Origin: Octopus sinensis
Lineage: Eukaryota
DNA length: 64,000 nt
Reading direction: 5' to 3'
NCBI RefSeq assembly: GCF_006345805.1
Contig: NC_043010.1
Location: forward strand, 62,930,001 to 62,994,000
Position 1 is the stretch's first letter, and every line of letters begins with the position of its first letter. This document shows, in pieces, positions 25,591 to 38,404 of this stretch. The position numbers and the translations under genes were made by a program. The notes beneath the pieces are model-generated. The model ran no database searches. It saw only the letters and a list, made by a program, of their open reading frames with translations, and was not told the DNA's origin.

Positions 25591-27179
25591 AGGACAAACT
25601 GAGCCGTTGTCTTTTACTTTGTGAAAATGGTTGTCATCTTGTTTAGTGCTGAAGCCCCATCGGTTGGCATCATTAAGATAAGTCGACTTTTAAGACCCAA
25701 ACCCTTTATCTGAACACACACACACACACACACACAGCTGAACTAATTTATCAAACTTGATAGAGATTTACAAGTGTTTGTCTGCAGGTAATATTTATGT
25801 ATGCCTCATGTATTTATATAGTGTTGCATTACGTGATGAAGTGGCACCAATGGACTGACTGCTTCTTCCCCGCCCCTGGTTATATCCTCGATGAAGTGTA
25901 TACAATTGTAACACCTACACACACACACACGTATGTATACACAGATGCTCAACTACTCACTGACAGTCCGAACAGAGAGACAGAATGTCTTGTTTTACAA
26001 AGGACAATATTAACATGGCTTTAGGAATTAATTCTGAGACAGCCATTTATGAATTATTTCTGTTTCTAAAGCAAATTCTTCTTTACTACACACACACACA
26101 CACACACACAGTGGGAGAGAGAGAGAGAAAGAGAGAGGCAGACAGAAAGAGAAAAGAATTCTTCACCTCGCAGACAGCAGTGGTCTGCTATTTACTTACC
26201 ATCTCCTTCTGCTGCTACTGCCAGGCCTTCTGTTCTGCTGAACCAACGGACTCCGTGCAACCGACGACCATTACATTATTAATTATAGATTAGAAATAAT
26301 TATTACTATAATTATTTAATTATTACCTGTCTCTTTGTTTGTGCAATTCATTTCTTTCTTTTGTTTCTAACTTTTCTCTTATACTTTATGATTTTAAATT
26401 TCAAACACTCCTGCTGGGAGTTTTTGTCTCCACATGACTTGGATAACCTTTGTTGATTAGAAGTTTTCCACTTCACTGCAGGACAGTATTGACATTGAAT
26501 TATTCCTCACCTGGAATAGTTTTCTTTGAACTATTTATAAGTCTTTATAACTATTTATAGGCCTACCTGGACTTTGAGATAGCCAATCGTTAAAGGTAGT
26601 TAATGATGAGTTTGAATTGGTGTAATGAACAGGAAGATATTGGCAGGTTGTGAATTCCAGGGGATGGTAATTGGGGAAAAAGGATTGTATGAAGTTTTCA
26701 GTACAGAGAGTGGTTTAACCATTTGGCATTTAAACTGACCATATCTGGCCCAAATATCCTATTTGTTTTATGTTCACATAGGCCAGATCCAGCCTCTGAC
26801 CCTTGCCTATAATATCATTCTAAAAATAAAGTAATCACATTATCAAAATCTCAGAGTTATGAGATAATCCATAATTAAGTTAAAACATCATCATCATTTA
26901 ATATCTGTTTTCCATACTGTCATGGGTTGGATGGTTTGACAAGGGCTGGCAAGGCCAGGACCTCCACTTGGTTCCATTGACTGATTTGGCAAGGTTTCTA
27001 CAGCTGGATGCCTTTCCTGATGCCAACCATTCCACAGAGTATACTGGGTGATTCTTATGTAGGACCAGCACCGATGCTTTTTATGGGGCACCATCACCAG
27101 TGCTTTTTTTGGATCACTAGGTATATATATATATATATACATACATACATACATACATACATACATACACACACACACA

Positions 27180-28248
27180 TAGGGTGTGATGGGTAAATTG
27201 TCGCCATTTTATACCATTAACCCTTTAGTATTTAAACCGGCCATATCCGGCCAAAATATTTAATCTGTTTTATGTTCAAACTGACCAGATCCAGGCTCTC
27301 ACACCTACCCTACAATGTTATTCTACATTAAGTAATTACACCATCAAGATCTTGAAGACATGAGATAATGCATGATTAATTCAAATCAATGGGAATCAAT
27401 AGGTATTATGTTTGATAGAATAATCTGAACACTAAAGGGTTAATTTCGTGTATGCGCATTGTCTGTTTTTGATTCTGTCGACTACACAGTATAGTAGGGT
27501 CAGTTGGGCACCGTCTGTGAGAAAAACAGCGCCATGATGCAATTCACTCTGCTAGAAATTTGTAAAGGACAAGCTGTACAGCTTGGCATTTGAGCCAGAA
27601 GCTCCAATACAAATGTTTGAGAGTGTTTGGGTGTTAGTCTGAGGACAGTGCAGAGGATTTGGAAAGAGTTGGATGAATCTAATAATGATTATGAAAGTAT
27701 GGCAGCTCAGAAAACTCACGTTATGCCTCCCTTCATCAGACTAAACATGGAGGCCTACATCAAGAGCTAGGAGGAAGTAGTGCTGCCCTGGGTCAAGAGG
27801 GTGACTGCTGGAAGACCCTATGTCTGGCAACAGGACTCTGCACCATGTCCTACAAGCAGGAGAATCCAGTCGTGGTTGTCAGACAATTTCTGCAACCACA
27901 TCACCTTTAACATCTGGTCACCTAACTCCCCAGAACTGCAACCTCTTTGGAGTGCAGTTGAGCGAGTGACCAACAAAACTCTTTGTAACACCAAAGATGA
28001 ACTGAAGGCACGGACTATGGCAGCATTCACCAACTTAAACAAGGAGATTGCCCAGAAGAGCTGCAGGAGATTCCGAAGTCGTCTGGAGGCTGTGGTTGAA
28101 GCCAATGGCGATTTTATTGAATATATTTATTCTTTAGTATTTCAAGATATTTTAATGTAATTTTGGTAAATATATCTGTTAACATGAGATGTCAGTGTTA
28201 TTTTCATTTTTGCGTAATTTAGACAACAATTTATTCACCCAACCTGTA
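27180..28248 (+). mobile_element. Internally deleted Tc1/mariner transposon with nested MITE
   Basis: ORF 27780-28160 YVWQQDSAPC...WSPNSPE...CRRFRSRLEAVVEANGDFIE (transposase C-terminus); HTH remnant near 27580-27715; imperfect TIRs TAGGGTGTGATGGGTAAATTGT / ACAATTTATTCACCCAACCTGTA flanked by TA. Confidence 0.85.
27217..27443 (+). mobile_element. piggyBac-type MITE, family 2, nested in the Tc1 element
   Basis: TTAA-CCCTTTAG ... CTAAAGGG-TTAA. Decayed relatives at about 16960-17147 (-), 26715-26890, 35167-35240 and 50554-50744. Confidence 0.8.
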
Positions 28249-28260
28249 TATATAATATAT

Positions 28261-28644
28261 GTGGAGATGCAATGGCCAGTGGTTGGGGCAGCGGACTCGC
28301 GGTCATAGGATCGCGGTTTCGATTCCCAGACCGGGCATTGTGAGTGTTTATTGAGTGAAAACACCTAAAGCTCCACGAGGCTCCGGTAGGGGATGGTGGT
28401 GATCCCTGCTGTAACTCTTTCACCACAACTTTCTCTCACTCTTACTTCCTGTTTCTGTTGTACCTGTATTTCAAAGGGCCGGCCTTGTCACTCTCTGTGT
28501 CACGCTGAATATCCTCGAGAACTACGTTAAGGGTATACATGTCTGTGGAGTGCTCAGCCACTTACACGTTAATTTCACGAGCAGGCTGTTCCGTTGATCG
28601 GATCAACCGGAACCCTCGTCATCGTAACCGACGGTGTGCTTCCA
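28261..28644 (+). mobile_element. SINE family F (tRNA-like head)
   Basis: TGGCCAGTGG ... GGTTTCGATTCC head; second copy at about 45320-45612 (-). Confidence 0.8.
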
Positions 28645-29287
28645 TATAATATATATATATCTATATACGCACACACACACACACACACATATATATAATA
28701 ACAGTTACTGTAATAATTAGCTAACATAGCTAATTATTATAGTAATTGGTGGTTTAATGCTAATATAGCTAATTAGTGATTTAACTATTTGCTAATTAGT
28801 GTTGTTATAGGATTACTTAACTATCATTTTGTTTAATTGACGACTTACTATCAGCCAATTAATAGTATTGCTAATGATGACTAATGTTGTTAATTAATTA
28901 ATAATTTGCCTAACATTGCTAATTAATATTGCTAATTGATTATTTGACTATCAGCTCATATAATTTATTCGTTCAAAAATCACAGGTTAAAGACTCAGTG
29001 TTGAACCTTCGCAAAACAGATGAGTTAAATCTCCCCCTGGATAGAAAGCTGGGCTATTGGGTGATTCACTTCACATTCAGGTGTCGCCTTTTTCTGTTTT
29101 GGGCAGTGACTTAATCCCTTTGTCTGTCCTTGTTTTGTCCTCCCTGTGTTTAGCCCCTTATGAGTAGTAAAGAAATAGGTATTTCATCTGTCTTTACATT
29201 CTGAGTTCAAATGCTGCCGAGGTCGACTTTGCCTTTCATCCTTTCGGGGTTGATAAATTAAATACCAGTTGGTGGGTTTAGATCACT

Positions 29288-29505
29288 TTAACCCTTTCGT
29301 TACCATATTTCTGTTGAAATACACTGTCCTTCTTTCAGTAAATTTTGAAAAATAATGAAGAATTTAGTGAAATAAGCTGGTGTTTGGAACAAAAATTAAA
29401 ATGAAATTTTGTTAGTTTTAAATTTAGACCAGTTTAAATCTCAGAAAGTTTGTATCATAGAACCAGTGGGGGTGGTCTCAGGTGGATTGGTATCAAAAGG
29501 GTTAA
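29288..29505 (+). mobile_element. piggyBac-type MITE, family 1 variant
   Basis: TTAA-CCCTTTCGTTACC ... GGTATCAAAAGGG-TTAA. Confidence 0.8.
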
Positions 29506-31345
29506 AGCTGTTTGTCCTCTCATGACCTGAACTCAAGACCTGCTCACCTACTAAACTGCTATACTGAGACACCTCGTTATTTATTACCTTTACATTAAAT
29601 ATTGGTTTTAAATTTTGATGTAAGGCCAGCAATTTGGGAGCAGGGGCTAAGGCAAATACATTGACCCCAGTACTTATCAACCTGCACGAAAGGCAAAGTC
29701 GACCCTGGTGACATTTGAACTCACAGTGTAGTCGGAAGAAATGCTGTTGAGCATTTTGTCTGATGCAGAAACAATTCTGCCAGCTTGCCTCCTTGTATAA
29801 TAATAATAATAATAATAATCCTTTCTACTAAAGGCACAAGGGGGAGGGGGATAGTTGATTACATTGACCCCAGTATGCAACTGGTACTTAATTTATCAAC
29901 CCCGAAAGGATGAAAGGCAAAGTCGACCTCGGCAGAATTTGAACTCAGAGCATGATGACATATGAAATACCTGTTTCTTTACTACTCATAAGGGGCTAAA
30001 CACAGAGAGGATAAAACAAGGACAGATAATGGGATTAAGTCAATTACATTGACCCCCAGTGCGTAACTGGTACTTATTTAATCGACCCCGAAAGGATGAA
30101 AGGCAAAGTCAACCTCGGTGGAATTTGAATTCAGAACGTGAAGACAGATGAAATACCGCTAAGTATTTCGCCCAGCATGCCACTGATTCTGTCAGTTCAC
30201 CACTTCAATAATAATAATAATAATAATAATGGATTCTACATTAAATATTAAATCTACCAACAACTGCTCACTGCACCCCCCTCAAGTGCTTCAAATACTT
30301 GTTTCAATCCATAAAAGGAAATAAAAAAATGAATTCCCAAAACTGAGCAACTGTATTGTGAAGCTCATGGGCCCAGCACCTTTCTCTGGATCAAATCATA
30401 AAAAAAAAAACTAAAAAAAAAACGTTAAAAAATTTATGAAGTCTTGCGATTAAATTTGGCCCATGAGGGTCCCTTTTCAGCAGATTGTGATGGGATTGAA
30501 CTGAGCTCTTTTACTGTTATTTAATAATTCACCAAGGCCGTCTCATACTTCTCTCTCTCTCCCAAACTGCTGTTGACAGCAGTGTTAGGTTGCTTCTTCA
30601 AATGTAAACAAGTTTGTCTGTGAGGTGGCAGGGGATGAGGTGAGGGAACTTAGGTCTGATTATTTATTAATATTGAAAACGGGTTGGTTTGATCTCCGTT
30701 GCTAGATGCTCTACAGCCTTCCAACCCCTCCTGGGACTGAAACGAACAACGAGGCTAAATACACATCATCATCATCATCGTCATCATCATCCTCACATAG
30801 GTTGGGTGGAGTTTGTTGAGGCAGATTTTCTATGGTCAGATGCCCTTCCTGTCAGTGACCCTCACCTCTTTCCAAACACAATAATATTTTCCTATGGCCA
30901 GACAAGTTTTTGCGGAAGATTGGAAATGGACACTGCTTGTATGACAACTATCATATGAGAAGACACTTACATGTGCGCGCACACACAGAGGCTTCGTTCA
31001 GTTTCCGTATACCAGATCCACTCACAAAATATTGATTGGCTTGAGGTTACAGTAGAAGACCCTTGTCCAAGAACAACACATTTACTGTGAGATTGAACCT
31101 TGAATCACATAGTTACAAAGGAAAGTTCTTAACCACCCAGCCATGCCAGCAATAAATTGTAGGAGCTGTTGGAGGGTCAGTGAACTGAGGTCTTATTAAT
31201 TTCAAGGTCATGAATTCAAACCATGCTGTTGTGTCAGTGTGTTTGTGCAGTCAAGCGAGACCCAATTATTCTCATAGCTTCTCTCTGTCTGAGAATAGGA
31301 GAAGCACTCCTGTTTCACTGTTGTTGAGTCATTCATCAGTGGTGG

Positions 31346-31390
<45 letters not shown>

Positions 31391-31462
31391 CACACACACA
31401 CACATACATACACATGTGGTTGGAAAGCAAGCTACCTACCACCAGCCATGCCTGCATATTAC

Positions 31463-31499
<37 letters not shown>

Positions 31500-31701
31500 A
31501 TTATTTGAAGGAATATTAATCCTAACTTACAGGGAAAAATTCAATTTAGTAATACTAAATCAAATTTCACACAATATAATATAAATATATATATAAATTA
31601 GAAAAAAAACCTTTTATCAATTCAAAATGAACAATTAAATTACACCATCAAGAAAATTACATATAATAGAAATATTAAAATTAAAATAACAATAATATAT
31701 A

Positions 31702-32100
31702 CAGGTATGGTTGTGTGGTAAGAAGTTTGTTTTCCAACCACATGGTTCCAGGTTCAGTCCCACTGCATGGCACCTTGGACAAGTTTCTTCTACTATAGTC
31801 TTAGGCTGACCAAAGCCTTGTGAGTGGGTTTGGTAGATGGAAACTAAAAGAAGATTGTCATACACACACACACACATATGTTTATATCTATTTGTGTGTC
31901 TGTGTTTGTCCCCCATCACTGCTTGGCTACCGGTGTTGGTTTGTATACATCCCCATAACTTAACAGTTCAGCAAAAAAGTCTGCTAGAATAAGTACAAAG
32001 AAAAAAAGAAGAAAAAAGCACGGGGGGGGGGAGATTTTTTTGATTAAAAATTCTTCAAGGCAGTGCCCCAGTATGGCCATAACCTAACAAGTGAAAGAAG
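31702..32100 (+). mobile_element. SINE family A, diverged
   Basis: Same head, core and tail order. Confidence 0.8.
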
Positions 32101-32493
32101 CAGAAGACACACACACACACACACATTCTTTTCTACTCTAGGCACAAGGCCTGAAATTTTGGGGGATGGGGTGCAGTCGATTAGATGGCCCCCATTATGT
32201 AACTGGTACTTAATTTATCAACCCCAAAAGGATGAACGGCAAAGTCAACCTCGGCGGAATTTGAACTCAGAACGCACACATATATATGTCTTTGTGAATG
32301 GTGTATAAATGTGCTTGGACAGTGTATACACATATGTACTTGTGAATCGGTGTATAAATCTGTTTGAGCAGTATATGTATATATACATTTAAATATGAGT
32401 TGGCATATAAACTTTTGTGGGCCTTGAATGTATACACACACGCACATGTAGGTATGTATATATGCATATATTTATATATTATTTATATTATAT

Positions 32494-32531
<38 letters not shown>

Positions 32532-32532
32532 T

Positions 32533-32753
32533 TTCTCTCTTTTTCTCTTTTACTTGTTTCAGTCATTTGACTGCGGCCATGCTGGAGCACCGCCTTTTGT
32601 CGAGCAAATCGACCCCGGGACTTATTCTTTTGTAAGCCCCAGTACTTATTCTATCGGTCTCTTTTGCCGAACCGCTAAGTAACGGGGACGCAAACACACC
32701 AGCATCGGTTGTCAAGCAATGCTGGGGGGACAAACACAGACACACAAACATAT

Positions 32754-32804
<51 letters not shown>

Positions 32805-32967
32805 TACGACAGGCTTCTTTCAGTTTCCGTCTACCAAATCCACTCACAAGGCATTGGTCGGCCCGGGGCTGTAGCAGAAGACACTTGCCCAGGGTGCCAC
32901 GCAGTGGGACTGAACCCGGAACCATGTGGTTGGTAAGCAAGCTACTTACCACACAGCCACTCCTGCG

Positions 32968-33000
<33 letters not shown>

Positions 33001-33200
33001 TCTTTTATTCTTTTACTTGTTTCAGTCATTTGACTGTGGCCATGCTGGAGCACTGCTTTAGTCGAACAAATCAACCCTAGGACTTATTTTTTTCTAAGCT
33101 TAGTACTTATTCTATTGATGACTTTTGCCGAACTGCTAAGTTACAGGGATGTAAATGCATCAACACTGATTGTCAAGCAATGGTGGGAGGACAAACAAAG

Positions 33201-33257
<57 letters not shown>

Positions 33258-33420
33258 TACGACAGGCTTCTTTCAGTTTCCGTCTACCAAATCCACTCAC
33301 AAGGCATTGGTCGGCCCGGGGCTGTAGCAGAAGACACTTGCCCAGGGTGCCACGCAGTGGGACTGAACCCGGAACCATGTGGTTGGTAAGCAAGCTACTT
33401 ACCACACAGCCACTCCTGCG

Positions 33421-33455
<35 letters not shown>

Positions 33456-33800
33456 TCTTTTATTCTTTTACTTGTTTCAGTCATTTGACTGTGGCCATGC
33501 TGGAGCACTGCCTTTAGTCGAACAAATCAACCCTAGGACTTATTTTTTTCTAAGCTTAGTACTTATTCTATTGATGACTTTTGCCGAACTGCTAAGTTAC
33601 AGGGATGTAAATGCATCAACACTGATTGTCAAGCAATGGTGGGAGGACAAACAAAGACACACACACACACATATATATACATACGACGGGCTTCTTTCAG
33701 TTTTCATCTACCAAATCCACTCCCAAGGTGCCACGCAGTGGAACTGAACCCAGAACCATGTGGTTGGGAGGTAAGCTTCTTACCACACAGCCACGCCTGT
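32533..33800 (-). mobile_element. Three tandem SINE A copies
   Basis: About 32533-32968, 32998-33422 and 33453-33800, each a reverse-complement match to family A. Confidence 0.9.
32790..33680 (-). repeat. Tandem duplication (about 454 bp) inside a SINE A cluster
   Basis: 32808 onward equals 33261 onward, and 33001 onward equals 33456 onward, including private variants. Confidence 0.9.
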
Positions 33801-34164
33801 ACCTTATGTGTATATATACATTTATGTTCATGTGAATGGGTGTGTAAATTTGAGGTATGTATGCACATATGTGTGCATACATGTATGTACATGTATATAT
33901 ATGCACACCCCATGCGAATGAGTATGTGTAAATACTGTATGTATATATGTGTGTTTGTGTGTGTTTGTACATGTGTGTGGATGGGGATGTCTGTATAGAA
34001 GTGTGTGTGTAAATATGCACGTCATGTCAATAGTGTGTGTGTGTGTAGGATGTATGCTATGTGTGTGTGTGTGTGTGTGAAATAATTTGATATAAAAACA
34101 TGTCATTTCATGTGGCGTTTCCCTTTATTTTTCTTTCAACATATTTCATCTTCCAAGTTTTTTT

Positions 34165-34620
34165 AACCAGGGCCCACGCCTCCCCACCCAACCCCATCTT
34201 TCACATCCACACCCCACTCCCTATTCCACCTAAATCCCCCTATCTTCACACCCTTTAATCCCCCCCTCCTCCCTCTGGAACAACACTCCATTCCCCTCCC
34301 CTCCACAAAACCCCCCTTCAAAGACCTCCCTTCCACCTCTCCCCTCGGCCACCAACACTCTTTCCCACCACCACCACCACTCTTTCCCACCACCACCACC
34401 ATCCTATTCACTTCCACCCTCATTCCACCCCCACAGCTGTTAAACTCTCTATGGAGGACCCCCTTTATCATTATAGAAACTTTACCCAGTAGCCTGCTGT
34501 GATAGAGAGAGAGAGAGAGAGAGAGAAGGGGAAAGCTACTAGCAACCCCACCTTTTTCCCTCCCCCGTCTCTCTCTCTCTCTCTCTCTTTGTCCCTTCCT
34601 CCCCTCTTCCTCATGTCCCT
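34165..34620. repeat. C-rich polypyrimidine low-complexity tract
   Basis: Dense CCC runs on the plus strand; a similar tract lies at about 50030-50280. Confidence 0.8.
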
Positions 34621-35435
34621 GTGTCTCATAAATTGCCATGCTACCAAGCAATGTAAATGGAGCATTTAACCAACCTTCCACCCCTCCTTTTGAAATGAAA
34701 ATGGGTTGAGATCTGTGGAATATGATCATTTCACTTGATGATCTGGGAGCTGAAATAGTTGAAGGGTGTGACTTGAATATCAGCTTTTAGGGTTGTTAGC
34801 TGAGTTGTGTTAGTGTTTGTAGGGGCTGTTTCCTCTAGTTGAGCAACAGGGACAGTCCCCGTAGCCAGCAAATCCTTGCCTTGGCTGGAGAATAGTTAAA
34901 ATAATTAAACAGGTATGGCTGTTGGGTAAGAAGCTTGCTTCCTGGCTAATGGGTGCTGGATTCGGTCCCACTGTGTGGCAGCTTGGACAAGCCTTTGGTA
35001 GACAGAAACTAAAAGAAACCTGTTATATATGTATGTATGACTGACTGATTTTGTGTCTGTATTTGTCCCCCCCCCCCACGTCACCACTTGACAACCGATG
35101 TTGGTGTGTTTATGTCCCCATAACTTAGCAGTTTGGGAAAAGACACTGATAAAATAAGTACCAGGTTTAACCCTTTAGCATTCAGATTATTCTGTCAAAT
35201 GTAATCCTTTTTTATTCCCATTATTTTGAATTAAAAGATGAGCCTTCCCAGCTTGCCTGCATACTCTGGTGACATCACACTTTGGTTTGCTCAATTGGAC
35301 GCACATTTTTCTCCGCCCATGCTGTGCCTCACAAACAGTAACTGAACCTTATGTACTGTGGAATGCCTCTTGCCTGCTTAGCAAAAGATTTCATCACTGA
35401 CCCATGTCCTCTTCCTCCTCCTCCTTCTGCTCACT

Positions 35436-35802
35436 TTAATGCTTTTGTTACCATTCTGTTGAAACACCCTGCCCTTATTTTTTGACTGGTTATGACAAAT
35501 TATATAAATTTAGTAAAGCAACTTTGTCATTTTAAAGCTGTTCTGAGTTTCATCCTTTCATGGTTGATAAATTAAGTACCAGTTCCGAACTGGGGTCGAT
35601 GTAATTGACTCAATCCGTTTGTCTGTCCTTGTTTGTCCCCTCTGTGTTTAGCCCCTTGTGGGCAGTAAAGAAATAGGTATTTGGAACATAAATTGATAAA
35701 CAGAATTTCGATGTAACACTTTCATTTAGATCACTTCGACACAGGAAATGTGTATAGTAGAAGCAGGGGTGGTCTTGGGTAGATTGCTGTGAAAAGGGTT
35801 AA
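35436..35802 (+). mobile_element. Old piggyBac-type MITE with SINE B fragment inserted (about 35535-35680)
   Basis: TTAATGCTTTTGTTACC ... GAAAAGGG-TTAA, with SINE B sequence inside. Confidence 0.65.
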
Positions 35803-36324
35803 AGTCCTCCTGATGAATCATTGCGTGAAAAGACTAAATATCAGAAAGTGGGGGTAGTTTGATAAACAAAGAAATAAATACTGTTTATTTTAGTTTCATT
35901 TAATTGATGTTGGCATTTAACCCCCAGATCAATCAGCTAAACCATGAACAAATTGTATTCCTGTCATGACCATCCTGTTTTTAGTTATAAACACAGTGTA
36001 CCATGAACTACATTATTCAGTGTATCCATTCTTTTTAAAGATGGTGCAGTGAATGGCGGCTCCCTTGTACGTTATTGTCATCATCATCATCATATTGTCC
36101 GTTTTCCATGCTTTCATGGGTCAGACAGAATTTGTTGAGGCAGATTTTCTGAGGCCGGGTGCCCTTCCTGTTGCCAACCCTCTCTTGTTGTCAAGCAAAG
36201 TAACATTTCCCTATCATCAGACACGTTTTCACAGAAGATTGGAAACAAAGGACACTGCTTGCAAGATGGTGGCATTCATTTACAACTGCCACATGATGTC
36301 AACACATGGAGACACGAATATGCA

Positions 36325-36367
<43 letters not shown>

Positions 36368-36789
36368 TATGCGATGGTGTCTTTCGGTTTCCGTCTACCA
36401 AATCCACTGACAAGGCTTTGGTCAGCCTGGGGGCTATAGTAGAAGACACTTGGCCAAGGTGCCATGCAGTGGGACTGAACTCAACACCATGTGGTTAGGA
36501 AGCAAACATTCTTACCACATGGCCACACCTGTTGTATTAAAATTAATTAGGTGGGCTGCTGCTGCTGTTGTTGTTGTTAAGCAACAAGACAGGTCAGGGT
36601 GATTAGGTGATGGTTTAGAGCTTAGGGGCGGGAGACCCCAGACCTTGGAAAAAAAAGAAAAAAACTTTGGTCGTCTTGTAGTCGAGGGCTCTTCATTGAC
36701 GCCTGACGCCACTGGGAGGTGGCCCTCGAAGTCGCTGGAAATGGAGATCTCCAGGCCCAAATTCTTGAACGGCTGCTGCTGCTGAGTCT

Positions 36790-37090
36790 GTTAGTGCTGT
36801 GAGGCAATAGATCTGCACCAGGGAGGCTTTTGCTTTGGTCTTGACACAGGAGTAACTGCCCCAGCTGCAGCAGCAGCAACATTTGAAGGTACTACCCATC
36901 AGTGTTGTGTTGATGCTGTTTTGTTTATTCAAGGTGTGCATCTCGTCTTGGCTTCTCCTCTTTCTTTAAACTTCTACAGAGTTCCAGCTTCCACTGCAAT
37001 CACATCAAGTAAAGTGACTTCTTGTCTCTCTTGCGAACATCTTTGAATTGAAGAGGTCTTCACCCTTCTGCTCTCTTGCCAAATGTCAAC
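36790..37090 (-). mobile_element. Degraded RTE LINE C-terminal remnant
   Basis: GKRAEG*RPLQFKDVRKRDKKSL resembles RTE GRP.LRFKDVCKRD; a Cys-rich segment follows. Confidence 0.45.
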
Positions 37091-37099
37091 TCTTTATTG

Positions 37100-37625
37100 A
37101 TGTTAGTGTAGTTGTTAAGGTCTGTTGCCTATCGAGGCGAGTGAAAATGTTATGAAGGTCCACTCCAAATTGAGTGTAGTTTTGATTAAGGGCCATACCC
37201 TGTTGAGTTGGGTGTAGTTATTATTAAGGTCCACTCCCAAGTGTGTTTTGAGTCTTACGCTCTGAGTTGAAATTCCATCGAGGTCTACTTTGCCTTTCAT
37301 CCTTTCAGGGTTGATAAAATAAGTACCAGTGGAGTACTGGGGTCGATGAAATCAACTAGCCCCCTCCCGCAAAGTTTTGGGTCTTGTGCCTATGGTAGAA
37401 AGGGTTATTAACGTCCACTCTATTAAGGTGAGTGTAGTTATTATGAAAGTCTGCTCCCTATTGAGTGTAATCTCCAGGGATACAGGCATCCAGCAACAGG
37501 ACCTCCGTAATGCCATAATGGACCGTGAAGTCTGGCGTAGCATGGTAAATTCCATTGTCTCGACCATGGTCGAACAATGATGATGATGATTGAGTGTAAT
37601 TATTATTAAGGGCCACTCCCTATTT
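37100..37625 (+). repeat. Degenerate ~33-bp minisatellite interrupted by SINE B and an RTE tail
   Basis: Recurring TTGAGTGTAGTTATTATTAAGGTCCACTCCC-like units. Confidence 0.6.
37472..37590 (+). mobile_element. Short RTE 3' end with (GAT)n tail and TSD
   Basis: DLRNAIMDREVWRSMVNSIV + (GAT)4 tail, flanked by TTGAGTGTAAT on both sides. Confidence 0.65.
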
Positions 37626-38404
37626 CATTGTCAATATCTATCAAGCTAAGTGACTGCCTGCAGAGCTCCCCCCCTCTCTCCACACACTCATCCTTGGCTG
37701 TAGACATCACATTAAAAATGTTTTAATTCATCGATCTCCAGCTGGGATTTGAAACTGCCATGTGTCCATAAAAGCCTGATCCGACATTAGCCAGACACCC
37801 TTGTTTTAGTCCTTTTCGGTGAAGTGTGGCTGATCCACAACAAACCCAACAGCGTCCATTCGCAATGTTAGGATGTCCGAGCTTAAGCCGCCGGCCTCAC
37901 CACTTGCACAACACTTTTATCTGGTGACTGTCGAAATCCAGTGGATTTGGGATTAGCGCAAAGTGGTTGCATGGGGAGGATTAAATTATTGTTGTTTACC
38001 CTCTACCCCCACACCCCACCATCCTCCCCACCCCTGGGATATGATTAAGAATGCAGTACCCGTGGTCATGCCTGCCTACCCCCCACCCACCAACTTAAAT
38101 ACGTGCATTTATGGAATCTCATGTGTGCTTATTTACACTGCCTTGCTTATACTGTAGCCCCAACCACCACGCAGTCACTTCCACACTCTCACCTATACAT
38201 ATACCACTGCCTGCAGTCACACACCCACACATACTGACACCTGCATACATGCACATACATTCTGCTGGTCCTCCTTTTATATATATACATACACATACAT
38301 ATACAAGTAGCCAAAATAGATAACGCCTACACACACACACACTGTAGGACACCAGCACGAAACACAGGTCACCTACATAACCTGTTTACCCCCCCCTCTC
38401 TCTC

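Noticed and set aside
31290-31345. Minus-strand CTGATGA...GAAAC hammerhead candidate; similar hits at about 2410, 12335, 20775, 35810 and 58890
   Set aside because: Stems I-III cannot be formed, or the match falls inside ordinary SINE sequence.
34163-34729. 188-aa Gly/Glu/Arg-rich minus-strand ORF
   Set aside because: Product of the C-rich and (GA)n low-complexity tracts.
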